Part shown: positions 40,173-50,445 of the stretch, piece after piece
How the letters are laid out: each line of letters opens with the position of its first letter
Position numbering within the stretch: the stretch's first letter is position 1
Assembly: GCA_965206595.1 (NCBI GenBank)
Contig: OZ242214.1
Coordinates: 288,001 to 352,000 of the forward strand
Direction of reading: 5' to 3'
Origin: Candidatus Latescibacterota bacterium
GTDB taxonomy: Bacteria > Latescibacterota > UBA2968 > UBA8231
Length of the DNA: 64,000 nucleotides
Notes under the pieces: model-generated
Told to the model about the DNA's origin: nothing
The model's input: the letters and a program-made list of their open reading frames with translations, nothing else
Database searches by the model: none
Translations under genes and position numbers: made by a program

Positions 40173-42173
40173 ATGTCCGAATATCCCGGAATAGCCCGCG
40201 ATCTCGTCCTGCTGCCCGCGCCCAGGCAGCTGACGCCCCTAGGTGGAGAGCTCGACCTCGAGGGAACGCCGGAGAGAGACCGCCTTATCGAGCTGGGGCC
40301 GGGCGACAGGGATTGCATGTTGCGGGCAGGCAGGGCGATCCGCGAGGCCCTGCAGATGGTCGCCGGGGAACGGTACCGGCTCGCGGCTGCCGGTTTCGGC
40401 GACGCCGCCTGCGCCTTGGCTGTCGATCCGGGCCGCGTCGGCGAGACGCAGGGGTACGGGCTCTCGATTCTGAGCGCCGGTATCCGCCTCGTCGGACATG
40501 ACGAGGCCGGACTATTCTACGGCGTCCAGACCCTTCTGCAGATCGCCCGCCAGCACCGCGGCCGCGGCCGCCTCCCACGCCTGGTCGTTCGCGACCGGCC
40601 CGATCTCCTGCACAGGGGGGTACAGCTCGATGTCAGCCGCAGGCGCATACCCACCATGGAGAGCCTGAAGCTGCTCGTCGACAGGCTCGCCCACCTCAAG
40701 GTCAACCAGCTCCAGCTCTACACCGAGCACACCTTCGCCTACCGCAACCACTCCGAGGTATGGCGGGACTACTCGCCGCTGACCGGGGAGCAGATCCTCG
40801 AGCTGGACCAGTACTGCCGCGAGCGCTTCGTCGAGCTCGTGCCGAACCAGAACACCTTCGGTCACATGGAGCGCTGGCTTCACCGTCACCGGTACGAGCA
40901 TCTGGCGGAGAACATGCCGGGGATGCCGATCCAGTATTACCTGAGCCCCTCCGACCCCGGGTCGCTGCAGCTCGTGGAGGAGCTGCTCGACGAGCTCCTT
41001 CCCCACTTCAGCAGCCGGCAGGCGATGGTCGGGCTCGACGAGGTCCGGTTGGGCGCCGGGGGAAGGAGCGCGGCGCTGTGCGAGGAGCGGGGAGGTCCGG
41101 AGCAGGTCTATCTCGACTACCTGAAGGAGGTCCATCGGATCGTGCGCAGGCACGGCAGCACGATGATGTACTTCGCCGACATGGTTGTGCAGCACGACCT
41201 GGTTTCCCGGGCTCCCGGCGACGCCATCGGCTTGATCTGGGGATACGACGAGGAGTACCCCTTCCGGGAACACTGTGCCCGCTACGCCGATGCCGGGATC
41301 CCTTTCTACACCGTGCCGGGCACCTGCTGCCACGCCAGCATCGGGGGCAGAACGGGGCTCGGCATGCGCAACATGGCCGCGGCCGTGGCCAGCGCCCTGG
41401 AGTTCGGCGGCTCGGGAACCCTGGTCGCCAACTGGGGGGACGGCGGCCATTGGCAGCCTCTGGCTGTAACGATGGCCGGGTACGCATACGGGGCGGGGGT
41501 GATGTGGGGACTCGGCGGCAACAGGGACGCGGATGTCGCCGCCGCCCTCGACGCCCACCTGTACCAGGACGAGGCGCAGGTGACCGGCAGGGTAAGCCTC
41601 GATCTCGGAAGAGCCTGCGAGCAGCTGCCGGCCCTGGCGGACTGGGTCGCATACCAGGCGATTCTGCAGCAGAAGCCCGGCGGCCACGAACAGTTGGCGC
41701 GCATCGAGCCGGGGGCGCTCGAACGGGCGGGGGAATTCATCGCAGGCACCCTGGATCCTCTCGGCAGGGCGGCGATGGGGTGCCCGGACGCCGGGATCGT
41801 CGCTGACGAGCTGCGGGTCGCCGCGGGCCTGATGCGCCACGCCTGCCACCTCGCACTGGCGCGTCTTCAGGCGGTGGGGACCGGATTGCCGGACCTGCCC
41901 GAAAGCTGGCAGATATCGCATATCCTGCCCGGGAACAGGACCCCCGCCGAGCGCGCCGCGGAGCGCTGCTACTACTGGCCCGAGCGTCCGGGAGACGCCG
42001 AGATTCCAACCTACGGCAGCGACCGGTTGCGCCCACTCGCAGTCGAGATGGAGCAGCTGCTTGCCGACTATCGCCAGATCTGGCTGGCCCGCAACCGGCC
42101 AGGAGGGCTCGATGAGAGCGCCGCGCGCTTTGCCAGGCTGCTGCAGCTGTATCGCCAGGGAATGCAGGGGTGA
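40173..42173 (+). CDS. GH20 beta-N-acetylhexosaminidase
   Basis: GLFYGVQTLLQ, RGVQLDVSR, NQLQLYTEHTF, NTFGHM, GLDE catalytic pair. Confidence 0.88.
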   Translation: MSEYPGIARDLVLLPAPRQLTPLGGELDLEGTPERDRLIELGPGDRDCMLRAGRAIREALQMVAGERYRLAAAGFGDAACALAVDPGRVGETQGYGLSILSAGIRLVGHDEAGLFYGVQTLLQIARQHRGRGRLPRLVVRDRPDLLHRGVQLDVSRRRIPTMESLKLLVDRLAHLKVNQLQLYTEHTFAYRNHSEVWRDYSPLTGEQILELDQYCRERFVELVPNQNTFGHMERWLHRHRYEHLAENMPGMPIQYYLSPSDPGSLQLVEELLDELLPHFSSRQAMVGLDEVRLGAGGRSAALCEERGGPEQVYLDYLKEVHRIVRRHGSTMMYFADMVVQHDLVSRAPGDAIGLIWGYDEEYPFREHCARYADAGIPFYTVPGTCCHASIGGRTGLGMRNMAAAVASALEFGGSGTLVANWGDGGHWQPLAVTMAGYAYGAGVMWGLGGNRDADVAAALDAHLYQDEAQVTGRVSLDLGRACEQLPALADWVAYQAILQQKPGGHEQLARIEPGALERAGEFIAGTLDPLGRAAMGCPDAGIVADELRVAAGLMRHACHLALARLQAVGTGLPDLPESWQISHILPGNRTPAERAAERCYYWPERPGDAEIPTYGSDRLRPLAVEMEQLLADYRQIWLARNRPGGLDESAARFARLLQLYRQGMQG

Positions 42174-42235
42174 CTCCGGCGGTTGTTGACGGCAGCGAGC
42201 GGCGATACATTTGCCTGCCATCCGGGGTTTCTCCC

Positions 42236-44512
42236 ATGCTGAATCTCCCACTCCTCCTCCTGCTCGGACTTGCGCTGTTCGTCCCTGGCGTCCGGGCCGC
42301 CGACCGTCCGCCGATCGTCGTCGGGGGGGACCAGGGCAGTCCCTGGAGAAACGGGGGGGGCGCCATTCCCGCGCTGGTGAAGACATCGCCGGCTGCCGTG
42401 GAGGAGACGAACACCCCGGGTGGGGTTCTCGACCTCGAGGTCGACGAGTTCCCCAACTGGGTCTTTCCGCAAAAGATCGACAGCACCCGCAGCATCCTCA
42501 TCGGGCTCATCGAGGGGCGTGGAGGCAGCGTCTACACCCCGACGCTGTCGTTCCGGGACTTCGAGCCGGACTTTCCGCTGATGTTCGACGACGACGGCAC
42601 CACCGCCTTCGCGATGCGGGCCCCCCGGCCCGGCGAGTCGGCGGGGGGACGCGGCCTCCTCATCCAGTTCGATCTGGGGGCGGTTTTCAGCATCAATCGC
42701 ATTAAGTTCTTTCCCCGCAACGCCGACCCGGATTACCCGGCGCCGACCACCCCGTTCCAGAAGGATTTCATCAAGGGATACGAGCTGCTGACCAACGACG
42801 GTTCCCCCGAGACCATTCACAACGGGATTCTCGAGTTCCCCAGGCTCGTCATTGAGGAGCAGAACGAGAGGTCCGTGGTCGATCACAAGTTCCCGCCCCG
42901 TTTCGTCCGTCACATCCGCTTCAAATCCCTGAGCGACGTCGACTTCGAGATAGCCGAGTTCCAGGTCTTCTCGCTCGGGTTCGTGCCGCAGGCGACCTAT
43001 GTGTCGAATGTGTTCGATTTCTCGGAGCCTGCGCTGCTCGGAAACCTGCGCTGGGTGGAGCACCAGATCGGCGACCCGCGGCGCTCCCGGGTGCGCCTGC
43101 GCACGCGCACCGGCCTCGACCGCCAACCGCTGGAGTTCACCAGGGTCGGAGTTCAGGGCACCGGAAAGACCAGGACGCGGCTGCTGGTCCTCGGCAGCTT
43201 CGAGGAGGAGATCCCCATCGACGCGGTCTGGAAGAAGGCGCAGGATCTGGAGGACTCCCCGCCCCTGTCGCAGCCGGTGGAGTTCCTGGGGCTCACCGTC
43301 ACCACTCCCTCGGCTCTCGTCGAACGAATCCTCGACAACGGGGATTTCGCCGGGCAGGAGGTGCTCCTTCTGTACGACCGGCTGCCCGCCGGGGACCGCG
43401 ATCTGCTCGCCCTCGACCGGGAGGCCTTCTTCGCCCTCGATGAGGCGGAGCGCACCGGCATCAGCGACGACTTGGTGAACTGGAGCCCCTGGTCTCCTCC
43501 CTACTCCGCCGGCGGCATCGTCGACCTTGCGGAGCTCGAGGACCAGGATGCCGGGACCGTCCTCACCTCACCGGACGGCCGCCGCTATTTCCAGTTAATG
43601 CTGGAGTTCGAAAGCGACGCCTTCGACGCCGCCACCGGGGTCGGCAGCATCGCCTTCGACGTCGGCACCCCGGGCCTGGCAGATTCCCTCGTCGCCGAGA
43701 TCGTGCCGCGGGCAGCCGCCCTGGGCCTGGAGACCGAGTTCACCTATGCCGTGCTCGTCCGGACCGGATCGGGGGAGGGCTTCGACCGCCTGGAGATCGC
43801 CACCCCGGTACGGACCGGTTCCGTGGGGTTCGTCGAGATCCTCGGTGCGGACGGCAGCCGCCTCGAGGCGGACTTTTCCGGGGCCGACCTCGATCACCTG
43901 CCGCAGTCGGTCAACGACATCGCCGTCGAGGAGGTCAGCGACGGCAGGCTGGCCATCTCGTTTCCCACCATCGACGGGGACGGCACCCTGGTAAAGGTGA
44001 GGTTCAGGAACGCCGTGCTGCGCTACGGCACCCGCTTCGACGGCAAGGCGCTCAGCGGCGCCAACCGCATCGGCCAGCGGGCGGTTGCGGGGAACGCAGC
44101 CGACCTCGGCGAGGTGGGAATCGAGGACCCCGACATCGTGTCGATCGGCAGCCCCAAGCCGGGCAACCTTTCGGTGTCGGTGCCGATCTCCGAGGACCTT
44201 CTCGTCAACGTCGCCGCGGTGCCGGCGGTCTTTTCCCCCAACGGGGACGGTGTAAACGACGAAGTGTCGATCACCTACGACGTCACCAACATCGGCAGGG
44301 AGACGGTGGTGAAGGTCGGGATATACGATCTCGGGGGCCGCCTGCTGCGCAGCTACGACAATCCGCGCACCAGCGGCCGCTTCGCCCGCTCCTGGGACGG
44401 CCGCGGCGATTCGAACGACCTCGTGCCCCCGGGCAACTACATCTACCGCGTCTCCATAGACGCCAAGAGCGCCGAGTTCGCCGAAGCCGGACTCGTCGCC
44501 GTCGTCTACTGA
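42236..44512 (+). CDS. Secreted discoidin-like protein with FSPNGDGVND/FlgD-Ig CTD (cargo A3)
   Basis: Signal peptide; MFDDDGTT...QFDLG...EIAEFQVF; WSPPY; same CTD ending AVVY. Confidence 0.8.
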   Translation: MLNLPLLLLLGLALFVPGVRAADRPPIVVGGDQGSPWRNGGGAIPALVKTSPAAVEETNTPGGVLDLEVDEFPNWVFPQKIDSTRSILIGLIEGRGGSVYTPTLSFRDFEPDFPLMFDDDGTTAFAMRAPRPGESAGGRGLLIQFDLGAVFSINRIKFFPRNADPDYPAPTTPFQKDFIKGYELLTNDGSPETIHNGILEFPRLVIEEQNERSVVDHKFPPRFVRHIRFKSLSDVDFEIAEFQVFSLGFVPQATYVSNVFDFSEPALLGNLRWVEHQIGDPRRSRVRLRTRTGLDRQPLEFTRVGVQGTGKTRTRLLVLGSFEEEIPIDAVWKKAQDLEDSPPLSQPVEFLGLTVTTPSALVERILDNGDFAGQEVLLLYDRLPAGDRDLLALDREAFFALDEAERTGISDDLVNWSPWSPPYSAGGIVDLAELEDQDAGTVLTSPDGRRYFQLMLEFESDAFDAATGVGSIAFDVGTPGLADSLVAEIVPRAAALGLETEFTYAVLVRTGSGEGFDRLEIATPVRTGSVGFVEILGADGSRLEADFSGADLDHLPQSVNDIAVEEVSDGRLAISFPTIDGDGTLVKVRFRNAVLRYGTRFDGKALSGANRIGQRAVAGNAADLGEVGIEDPDIVSIGSPKPGNLSVSVPISEDLLVNVAAVPAVFSPNGDGVNDEVSITYDVTNIGRETVVKVGIYDLGGRLLRSYDNPRTSGRFARSWDGRGDSNDLVPPGNYIYRVSIDAKSAEFAEAGLVAVVY

Positions 44513-44520
44513 GAGGGCCG

Positions 44521-47298
44521 ATGAGTGGGTTTCGAGCCGGCCCCTTGCTGCTGTCGATGCTGATCGGCCCATTCCTGTCCGCAGCCGCCTCCCAGGAATA
44601 CGGTTTCCGCACGGACCAGAGGGGCACGGGCTCCGGCTTCGGAGCGACCGGTCCGGGCGTTCTCTTCGACGCCCTTTCCCCGACCGTGCAGCGCTGGTAC
44701 GTGCCGCAGGAATTCTACAGCGAATTCCAGTGGAGGCAGTGGGAGCATACCAACTACAGTTCCTCCCCGTACAGGCGCTACGTCAACACCAATCTCGAAG
44801 GGGATTTCTTCTACGATTTCTTCGGGGACTACGTCAGTCACGGGTGGCTGGTCTACGACTGGCGCCAGGATCAACCGCAGGGGTCCGGCAGCGCCGTATT
44901 CAAGGGGAACCAGTTCGAGACCTGGTTCAGCTCGGTTGCGATCAGCAGCGATGCCAGGGGGCAGAACGCCTACGCCCTCACCGCGGGCAACCGCATCCGC
45001 GCCGGGCTGACGCCGATGACCTTCTCGAAGCCGACCTTCAACGGCGTGCAGTTCGATTTCACCTCGGACAAGTACGCCGCCACTCTCATCGCCTCGCGCA
45101 TCAGCGAGCCGGGCCAGGGGGTCGACGTCGAGCCGGAGCGGCTGACCAGCACTACCGGGCTCATCGGCGGACGGGTCACGAGCCAGGTCGGCGACTTCGT
45201 GACGGTCGGGGCAACCTTCGTCGACGCGCGCAACTCGAATACCGCCCTCGACATGTTCGAGGGGGACTTCCTCGCCGGCAGTCTGACCGGAGGCCAGTCC
45301 CGGGAGCCGATCGAGCTGATCACCGTCGTCCTCAGCGATGACTCGCCGCAGGACGGGGCGGGCGGGGCATCCCTGTTCAGCCACGACATCCTGATAACCT
45401 CCAGAGATTTCGACACCGGGGAACAGACCGTGTTCACGCTGGAGCAGGTGGTGCCGGAAGGATCGGAGTGGCCCGCGATTTTCGGTGGACTGCCGAAAGC
45501 CGGCTTCCTCGCCGCCGACGGCGAGGAGCTCATTGTCCTCAACTACGACTTTCGCGATCCGGGATACGACGGCCCCGACCCCACGGAGATCGTCGGCGTA
45601 AAGTTCGACTACGTGCTGGCCAACGACTACAAGGTCGAGGTCTGGTCCAACCGGCAGACCGGAATCCGCGCGATGCCGACGCCGCCCCTGAACCGGGAGA
45701 AGATCAGGTCCGACGAGCCAGCCCTGACAACCCTGCTGCGGGCGCCGGGAAACGTCGGCGACAAGTCCAACATCCGCCGCGTCCGCTTCGACTACGGCCT
45801 GCCGACCGGCAACCTGATCGGCGGGTTCACCATAGAGGGGACCGACCTGCTCGGCTTCGACCTGTACGCCGAGTGGGACCGCAACGTCAAGTACGCCCAG
45901 TTTCCCAACGCCGGCCTGTTCAACGCCAGGAGAGGCCACGAAACGACCTCGCGGAGCGCCGACGCCTGGCACCTGACGGTCTCGAGGATCTTCCACCCGT
46001 TCTTCCTTTTCGGCGAGGGCTACTCCTTCCACCACGACTACTCCACCTCCGCCTTCGTCGTCGACGCCGGGGGGAACGTCGAGTACGACAACACCCTCGA
46101 CTATCGCTACGAGTTCGTCGACGACAACGACGACCAGGACCGCATTCCCGACTGGAGCCGCAGCGGCTCCCTGGCAGGGGACCGCGTCGTCTTCCCGGGG
46201 TGGGACGCCAACAACGACTTCATCTCAGATTTCAACCAGAACGACAACTCCGCGGTCGCCAACGAGATCCCCGACTACGAAGAGCCGTTCCTGCGCCACG
46301 AGGTCGACCGCCCCGAGTTCCTGTTCGGGCCCGATCTCAACAACAACGGCTGGATCGATCGCTTCGAGGACGACGAACTCCCCGACTACCCGTACAAGAC
46401 CGACAGGCGCGGCTACAACGCCTACCTCGGTACCCATCTGGCGCCGGACGTTCGCCTGACCCTGGGCCGCACGGACGAGCGCATGTTTTCCGACGAGCGC
46501 CGCAACCGAACCGCGTACGCTACGCTGAACGTGGACCGCGCCTGGGCGGCCGGCCGCCTGCGCATATACGACATGCTGAAGCTCGCCGGCGATTCGATCC
46601 CCGACGACCGCCTCGAGCCGACCCCCTTCCTGCGCGCCCCCGGGCGGGTGACCGTTCTCGATGTCCTCCCGGCCCAGGACACCTGGATCAACACCCTCTA
46701 CCTCGGGCTCGACTACACCGGGGTCCGGAACCTGCGCATCGTCAACAAGCTCAAGCACGAGTTCTACGATCAGCGCCACAGCGCTCCCGTGGATGCAACC
46801 GGGAATCCGTTGCAGGAGCTCTCGACCCTCCTCGGCCTGATCAACAAGATCGAGTACGACCGCGGCCTGGGGATGATCGACTTCGCCGCGAAGCTCAAGA
46901 GCGAGTTGTTCAGCCAGGAGAGCTTCCTCCGGGGGGAGCCCGAGCGCAGGCACTGGATGAGAATCGCCACCCTGGTCGCGCGCCTTCCCCTGCTGTCGCA
47001 CAGCACCTTGACGGCTGGCCTGGAGCTGGCCGCCTTCGACGACCGCGAGCGGGACGAGGCCGGTTTGATCGCCGCCGGAGTGGCCGCGGAAACAGGCGAC
47101 TTACGCAGTGCCAACCTGGGGATCCAGCTGTCCAACACCTCGAACTACCAGGGGTACGTCTTGACGACCCAGCTCGGTTTCAGGCTGGGCCGCATCTCCA
47201 CGGAGACCGTGCGCGCCGACGACGGAGCCTTCGGGAAGGTGTTCGAGGGAACGGCGCAGAGAACGAGCTTCATCGTCGTGTACGCCGGTGTCGAGTAG
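44521..47298 (+). CDS. Paralog B3 (925 aa), probable beta-barrel
   Basis: Colinear with B2; ends FIVVYAGVE; starts 8 nt after A3. Confidence 0.72.
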   Translation: MSGFRAGPLLLSMLIGPFLSAAASQEYGFRTDQRGTGSGFGATGPGVLFDALSPTVQRWYVPQEFYSEFQWRQWEHTNYSSSPYRRYVNTNLEGDFFYDFFGDYVSHGWLVYDWRQDQPQGSGSAVFKGNQFETWFSSVAISSDARGQNAYALTAGNRIRAGLTPMTFSKPTFNGVQFDFTSDKYAATLIASRISEPGQGVDVEPERLTSTTGLIGGRVTSQVGDFVTVGATFVDARNSNTALDMFEGDFLAGSLTGGQSREPIELITVVLSDDSPQDGAGGASLFSHDILITSRDFDTGEQTVFTLEQVVPEGSEWPAIFGGLPKAGFLAADGEELIVLNYDFRDPGYDGPDPTEIVGVKFDYVLANDYKVEVWSNRQTGIRAMPTPPLNREKIRSDEPALTTLLRAPGNVGDKSNIRRVRFDYGLPTGNLIGGFTIEGTDLLGFDLYAEWDRNVKYAQFPNAGLFNARRGHETTSRSADAWHLTVSRIFHPFFLFGEGYSFHHDYSTSAFVVDAGGNVEYDNTLDYRYEFVDDNDDQDRIPDWSRSGSLAGDRVVFPGWDANNDFISDFNQNDNSAVANEIPDYEEPFLRHEVDRPEFLFGPDLNNNGWIDRFEDDELPDYPYKTDRRGYNAYLGTHLAPDVRLTLGRTDERMFSDERRNRTAYATLNVDRAWAAGRLRIYDMLKLAGDSIPDDRLEPTPFLRAPGRVTVLDVLPAQDTWINTLYLGLDYTGVRNLRIVNKLKHEFYDQRHSAPVDATGNPLQELSTLLGLINKIEYDRGLGMIDFAAKLKSELFSQESFLRGEPERRHWMRIATLVARLPLLSHSTLTAGLELAAFDDRERDEAGLIAAGVAAETGDLRSANLGIQLSNTSNYQGYVLTTQLGFRLGRISTETVRADDGAFGKVFEGTAQRTSFIVVYAGVE

Positions 47299-47346
47299 CG
47301 TCGTTCCGGGGATCTCCCGGTTCCGTTTCCGCGGGAGCTCCCGGAC

Positions 47347-50300
47347 GTGAATCTCCTGCGCTTCACGCTGTTCCTCTCCTTTGCGGCCTCCGGTTTCGCC
47401 GGACTCGTCTACGAGTCTATCTGGAGCCGCTACCTCAGCCTCTTTCTCGGGCACGCCGCCTACGCCCAGACCCTCGTCATCGCCCTGTTCATGGGCGGGT
47501 TGTCCCTCGGCTCCTGGCTGGCGAGCCGCCATTCGCCGCGCCTGCGACACCTGCTGAGCTGGTACGCGGCGGCCGAGGCCGCCATAGGCCTGATGGGACT
47601 GCTCTTCCACCCCCTGTTCGACGGCGCCACCCGGCTGGCCCACTCCAGCCTCATGCCTGCCCTCGGCTCTCCGGAAGCGGCCGGGGCCCTGAAGCTGGCG
47701 CTGTCGGGGCTGATCGTTCTTCCGCCCGCCATCCTGCTGGGGACGACCTTCCCGCTGATGAGCGCCGGCGTCGTCCGGCTGTGGCCCCGCCTGGCCGGCT
47801 CCTCTATCTCGATGCTCTACTTCAGCAACAGTATCGGCGCCGCGGCCGGGGTGCTGGCGAGCGGCTTCCTGCTGGTGGGCGAGCTGGGACTTCCCGGGAC
47901 CATCATTGCGGCCTCGGTGCTGAACCTCGCCGTAGCCGCGATTGTGTACGCAGCCGCCCGTTTCGCCCGGGAACCCGCCCCGGACGGCGAGATGCAAACG
48001 GCAACCCGGCCCCGTCCCGAGCGGGTCGGGTACGGCTTGATGCTGTGGGTGGCCGCCCTGACCGGGGCGGCTTCGTTCGTCTACGAGATCGCCTGGATTC
48101 GCATGCTCGGCCTCGTGCTGGGCAGCTCGACTCATTCGTTCGAGCTCATGCTGAGCGCCTTCATCTCCGGGCTGGCCTTCGGGGGCTTCTGGATCAGGCG
48201 GCGCCTGGACGGGATCGCCGAGCCGGTGCGCTGGCTCGGCGCGGTGCAATGGGCAATGGCGATGCTGGCGCTGGCGACGGTGCCGGTCTACGCCAACTGC
48301 TTCGAGCTCATGGCGGCGATCATGAGAGGCCTGAGCCGAACCGGCGAGGGGTACGTACTGTTCAACTTGGCCAGCCATTCGCTGTCGCTGCTGGTGATGT
48401 TCCCCGCCACCTTCTGTGCCGGGATGACCCTGCCCCTGATCACCTTTACCCTGCTCGCTCAGGGGGCTGGGGAGAGGAGCATAGGAGCCGTGTATGCCGC
48501 CAACACGGTCGGCGCCATCGCCGGGGTGGTCGCGGCCACGCACGTGGGGATGCCGCTGCTGGGATTGAAAGGACTGGTCGCCTTCGGGGCCGCGGTGGAC
48601 CTCGGCCTCGCGGTGCTGCTCCTGCGGGTCGTGCGTGACGGGTCCCGGTTCCTTCCCGGAATGGCCGCCGGCGCCGGGGCGGTTGCCGTCGTCGCCGTGC
48701 TGGCATGGGTGCGCATCGATCCTCTGGAGATGGTCTCGGGCGTCTACCGCTACGGCGAGCTCATTTCCCCGGAGAAGGCGGGCAACATCTTCCACAAGGA
48801 CGGCAAGACGACCAGCGTGGACCTGGTCCGCTACTCGTCCGGAAGGCTGGTCATCTTCACCAACGGCAAGGCCGAGGCATCGATCAACCTCGCCGGCGAA
48901 AGCGGACCGGCAAGCGACGAGGTCACGATGGTTCTCTCCGCGGCCCTGCCCCTGGCAGCCCATCCCGGGGCGACAGACGCCGCGGTAATCGGCCTGGGCT
49001 CCGGGCAGACCAGTCACGTCCTGCTCGGAAGCAGCCGCTTGGAGCAGGTCGACACCATCGAAATCGAAGCGGCCGTGGTCGAGGCGGCCCCCGAGTTCGG
49101 GCGACACGTCGAGCGCGTCTTCACCGATCGGCGCAGCCGCATTTTCATCGACGACGCCCGCAGCTTCCTGTCGGCGCGGAACGCGCAGTACGACCTGATC
49201 GTTGCCGAGCCCTCCAACCCCTGGGTGAGCGGCGTGTCCAGCCTCTTTTCCGCGGAGTTCTACGAGCTCGCCGAACGCCACCTGCGGCCGCGGGGAATAC
49301 TCGCCCAGTGGCTGCAGCTCTACGAGCTCGAGCCGCGACTGGTCGCCTCCGTCATGGCCGCTCTCGCCCGCACCTTCCCGGATTACGACGTGTACGCGAC
49401 CGACAACGCCAACATCCTGATCCTGGCGCGCAAGGGCGGGCAGGTCGGCGAGCTCCGGGGGGACCTGTTCGCCGATGGCGAGATCGCCGGCCAGCTGCGC
49501 CGGCACCACATCCACTCCGTCGCCGACCTCGAAACGAGGAGGATCGCCGGCAGCGCCTCGCTGCAGCCGTTTTTCGATTCCTACGAGGTGCCGCCGAACA
49601 GCGACTACTACCCCTTCCTCGACCTCAACGCCGTGAAATCCCGGTTTCTCGATCACAGCACCAGCGGACTCATGGCCCTGCGGACCTCTCCGGTCCCGGT
49701 CCTCGATCTCCTGCAGGCCGGGGAGGGCAGCCGGGAGTGGCGCCCTCCGTCGGCCAAAGGCGGGGTCGGAACAAAGGACGGGTATGCCCTGTTGCAGCTC
49801 GTTCAGAGCGCTCGCGCCATCCGCGCCTACCTGGTCGAGGGTGAAGAATCCGCCCTGAAGCGGATGCCGCCGTCATTGCGCGCCGACGCACAGATCTGCA
49901 GGCGGGGGCTCCAGGGATGCTTCGACCCTGTGGAGGCGCAACAATGGCTTGGCTCCCTCTATACCGTGGCATCGGTGGTCAATCCCGCCCTCGGAAAGGC
50001 CGGATCGAGCGGTGTCTGGAACAGGATCGCCACCTCACGCTGCTACGGCGCTCTCCCCCCGGTCGGGAAGGCCTGGGTCTCGCTGTTCGCAGCGATCGGG
50101 GCTCGGGACGCGCCTCGAATAGCGGCAAATGCCGAGAAAATACTCGCGCGCTCCGACCGGATGCCGAAGAACAGGCGCGGGTACCTCCTCTCCGCGGCGA
50201 TGGCCGGCCGCGCCGGGAGCGGAGACTGGAATGCCCTGTCCGCGCTGTGGGGGCGGTACGGTTCGGAGATTGCCCGCGGCGAATGGATCGGCAGGGAGGA

Positions 50301-50382
50301 GCTGATGTTCCGACTGCTGCGCGCGCACTCGGCCGCGGACGGCGTTGCGGACGGCCGGACCGCGGCGCTAGGTGAATCGTGA
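47347..50382 (+). CDS. Multi-TM (MFS-like) / spermidine synthase-like fusion protein
   Basis: SGFAGLVYE and LLGTTFP membrane repeats; VIGLGSG, IEIE, DDARSFL, YDLIVAEPSNPW. Confidence 0.85.
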   Translation: MNLLRFTLFLSFAASGFAGLVYESIWSRYLSLFLGHAAYAQTLVIALFMGGLSLGSWLASRHSPRLRHLLSWYAAAEAAIGLMGLLFHPLFDGATRLAHSSLMPALGSPEAAGALKLALSGLIVLPPAILLGTTFPLMSAGVVRLWPRLAGSSISMLYFSNSIGAAAGVLASGFLLVGELGLPGTIIAASVLNLAVAAIVYAAARFAREPAPDGEMQTATRPRPERVGYGLMLWVAALTGAASFVYEIAWIRMLGLVLGSSTHSFELMLSAFISGLAFGGFWIRRRLDGIAEPVRWLGAVQWAMAMLALATVPVYANCFELMAAIMRGLSRTGEGYVLFNLASHSLSLLVMFPATFCAGMTLPLITFTLLAQGAGERSIGAVYAANTVGAIAGVVAATHVGMPLLGLKGLVAFGAAVDLGLAVLLLRVVRDGSRFLPGMAAGAGAVAVVAVLAWVRIDPLEMVSGVYRYGELISPEKAGNIFHKDGKTTSVDLVRYSSGRLVIFTNGKAEASINLAGESGPASDEVTMVLSAALPLAAHPGATDAAVIGLGSGQTSHVLLGSSRLEQVDTIEIEAAVVEAAPEFGRHVERVFTDRRSRIFIDDARSFLSARNAQYDLIVAEPSNPWVSGVSSLFSAEFYELAERHLRPRGILAQWLQLYELEPRLVASVMAALARTFPDYDVYATDNANILILARKGGQVGELRGDLFADGEIAGQLRRHHIHSVADLETRRIAGSASLQPFFDSYEVPPNSDYYPFLDLNAVKSRFLDHSTSGLMALRTSPVPVLDLLQAGEGSREWRPPSAKGGVGTKDGYALLQLVQSARAIRAYLVEGEESALKRMPPSLRADAQICRRGLQGCFDPVEAQQWLGSLYTVASVVNPALGKAGSSGVWNRIATSRCYGALPPVGKAWVSLFAAIGARDAPRIAANAEKILARSDRMPKNRRGYLLSAAMAGRAGSGDWNALSALWGRYGSEIARGEWIGREELMFRLLRAHSAADGVADGRTAALGES

Positions 50383-50445
50383 CGACGACAGGCAACAGGC
50401 CAACAAGCCGCAAGAAATCTGGGAGCCAAAACTGGGAGATCGAGC

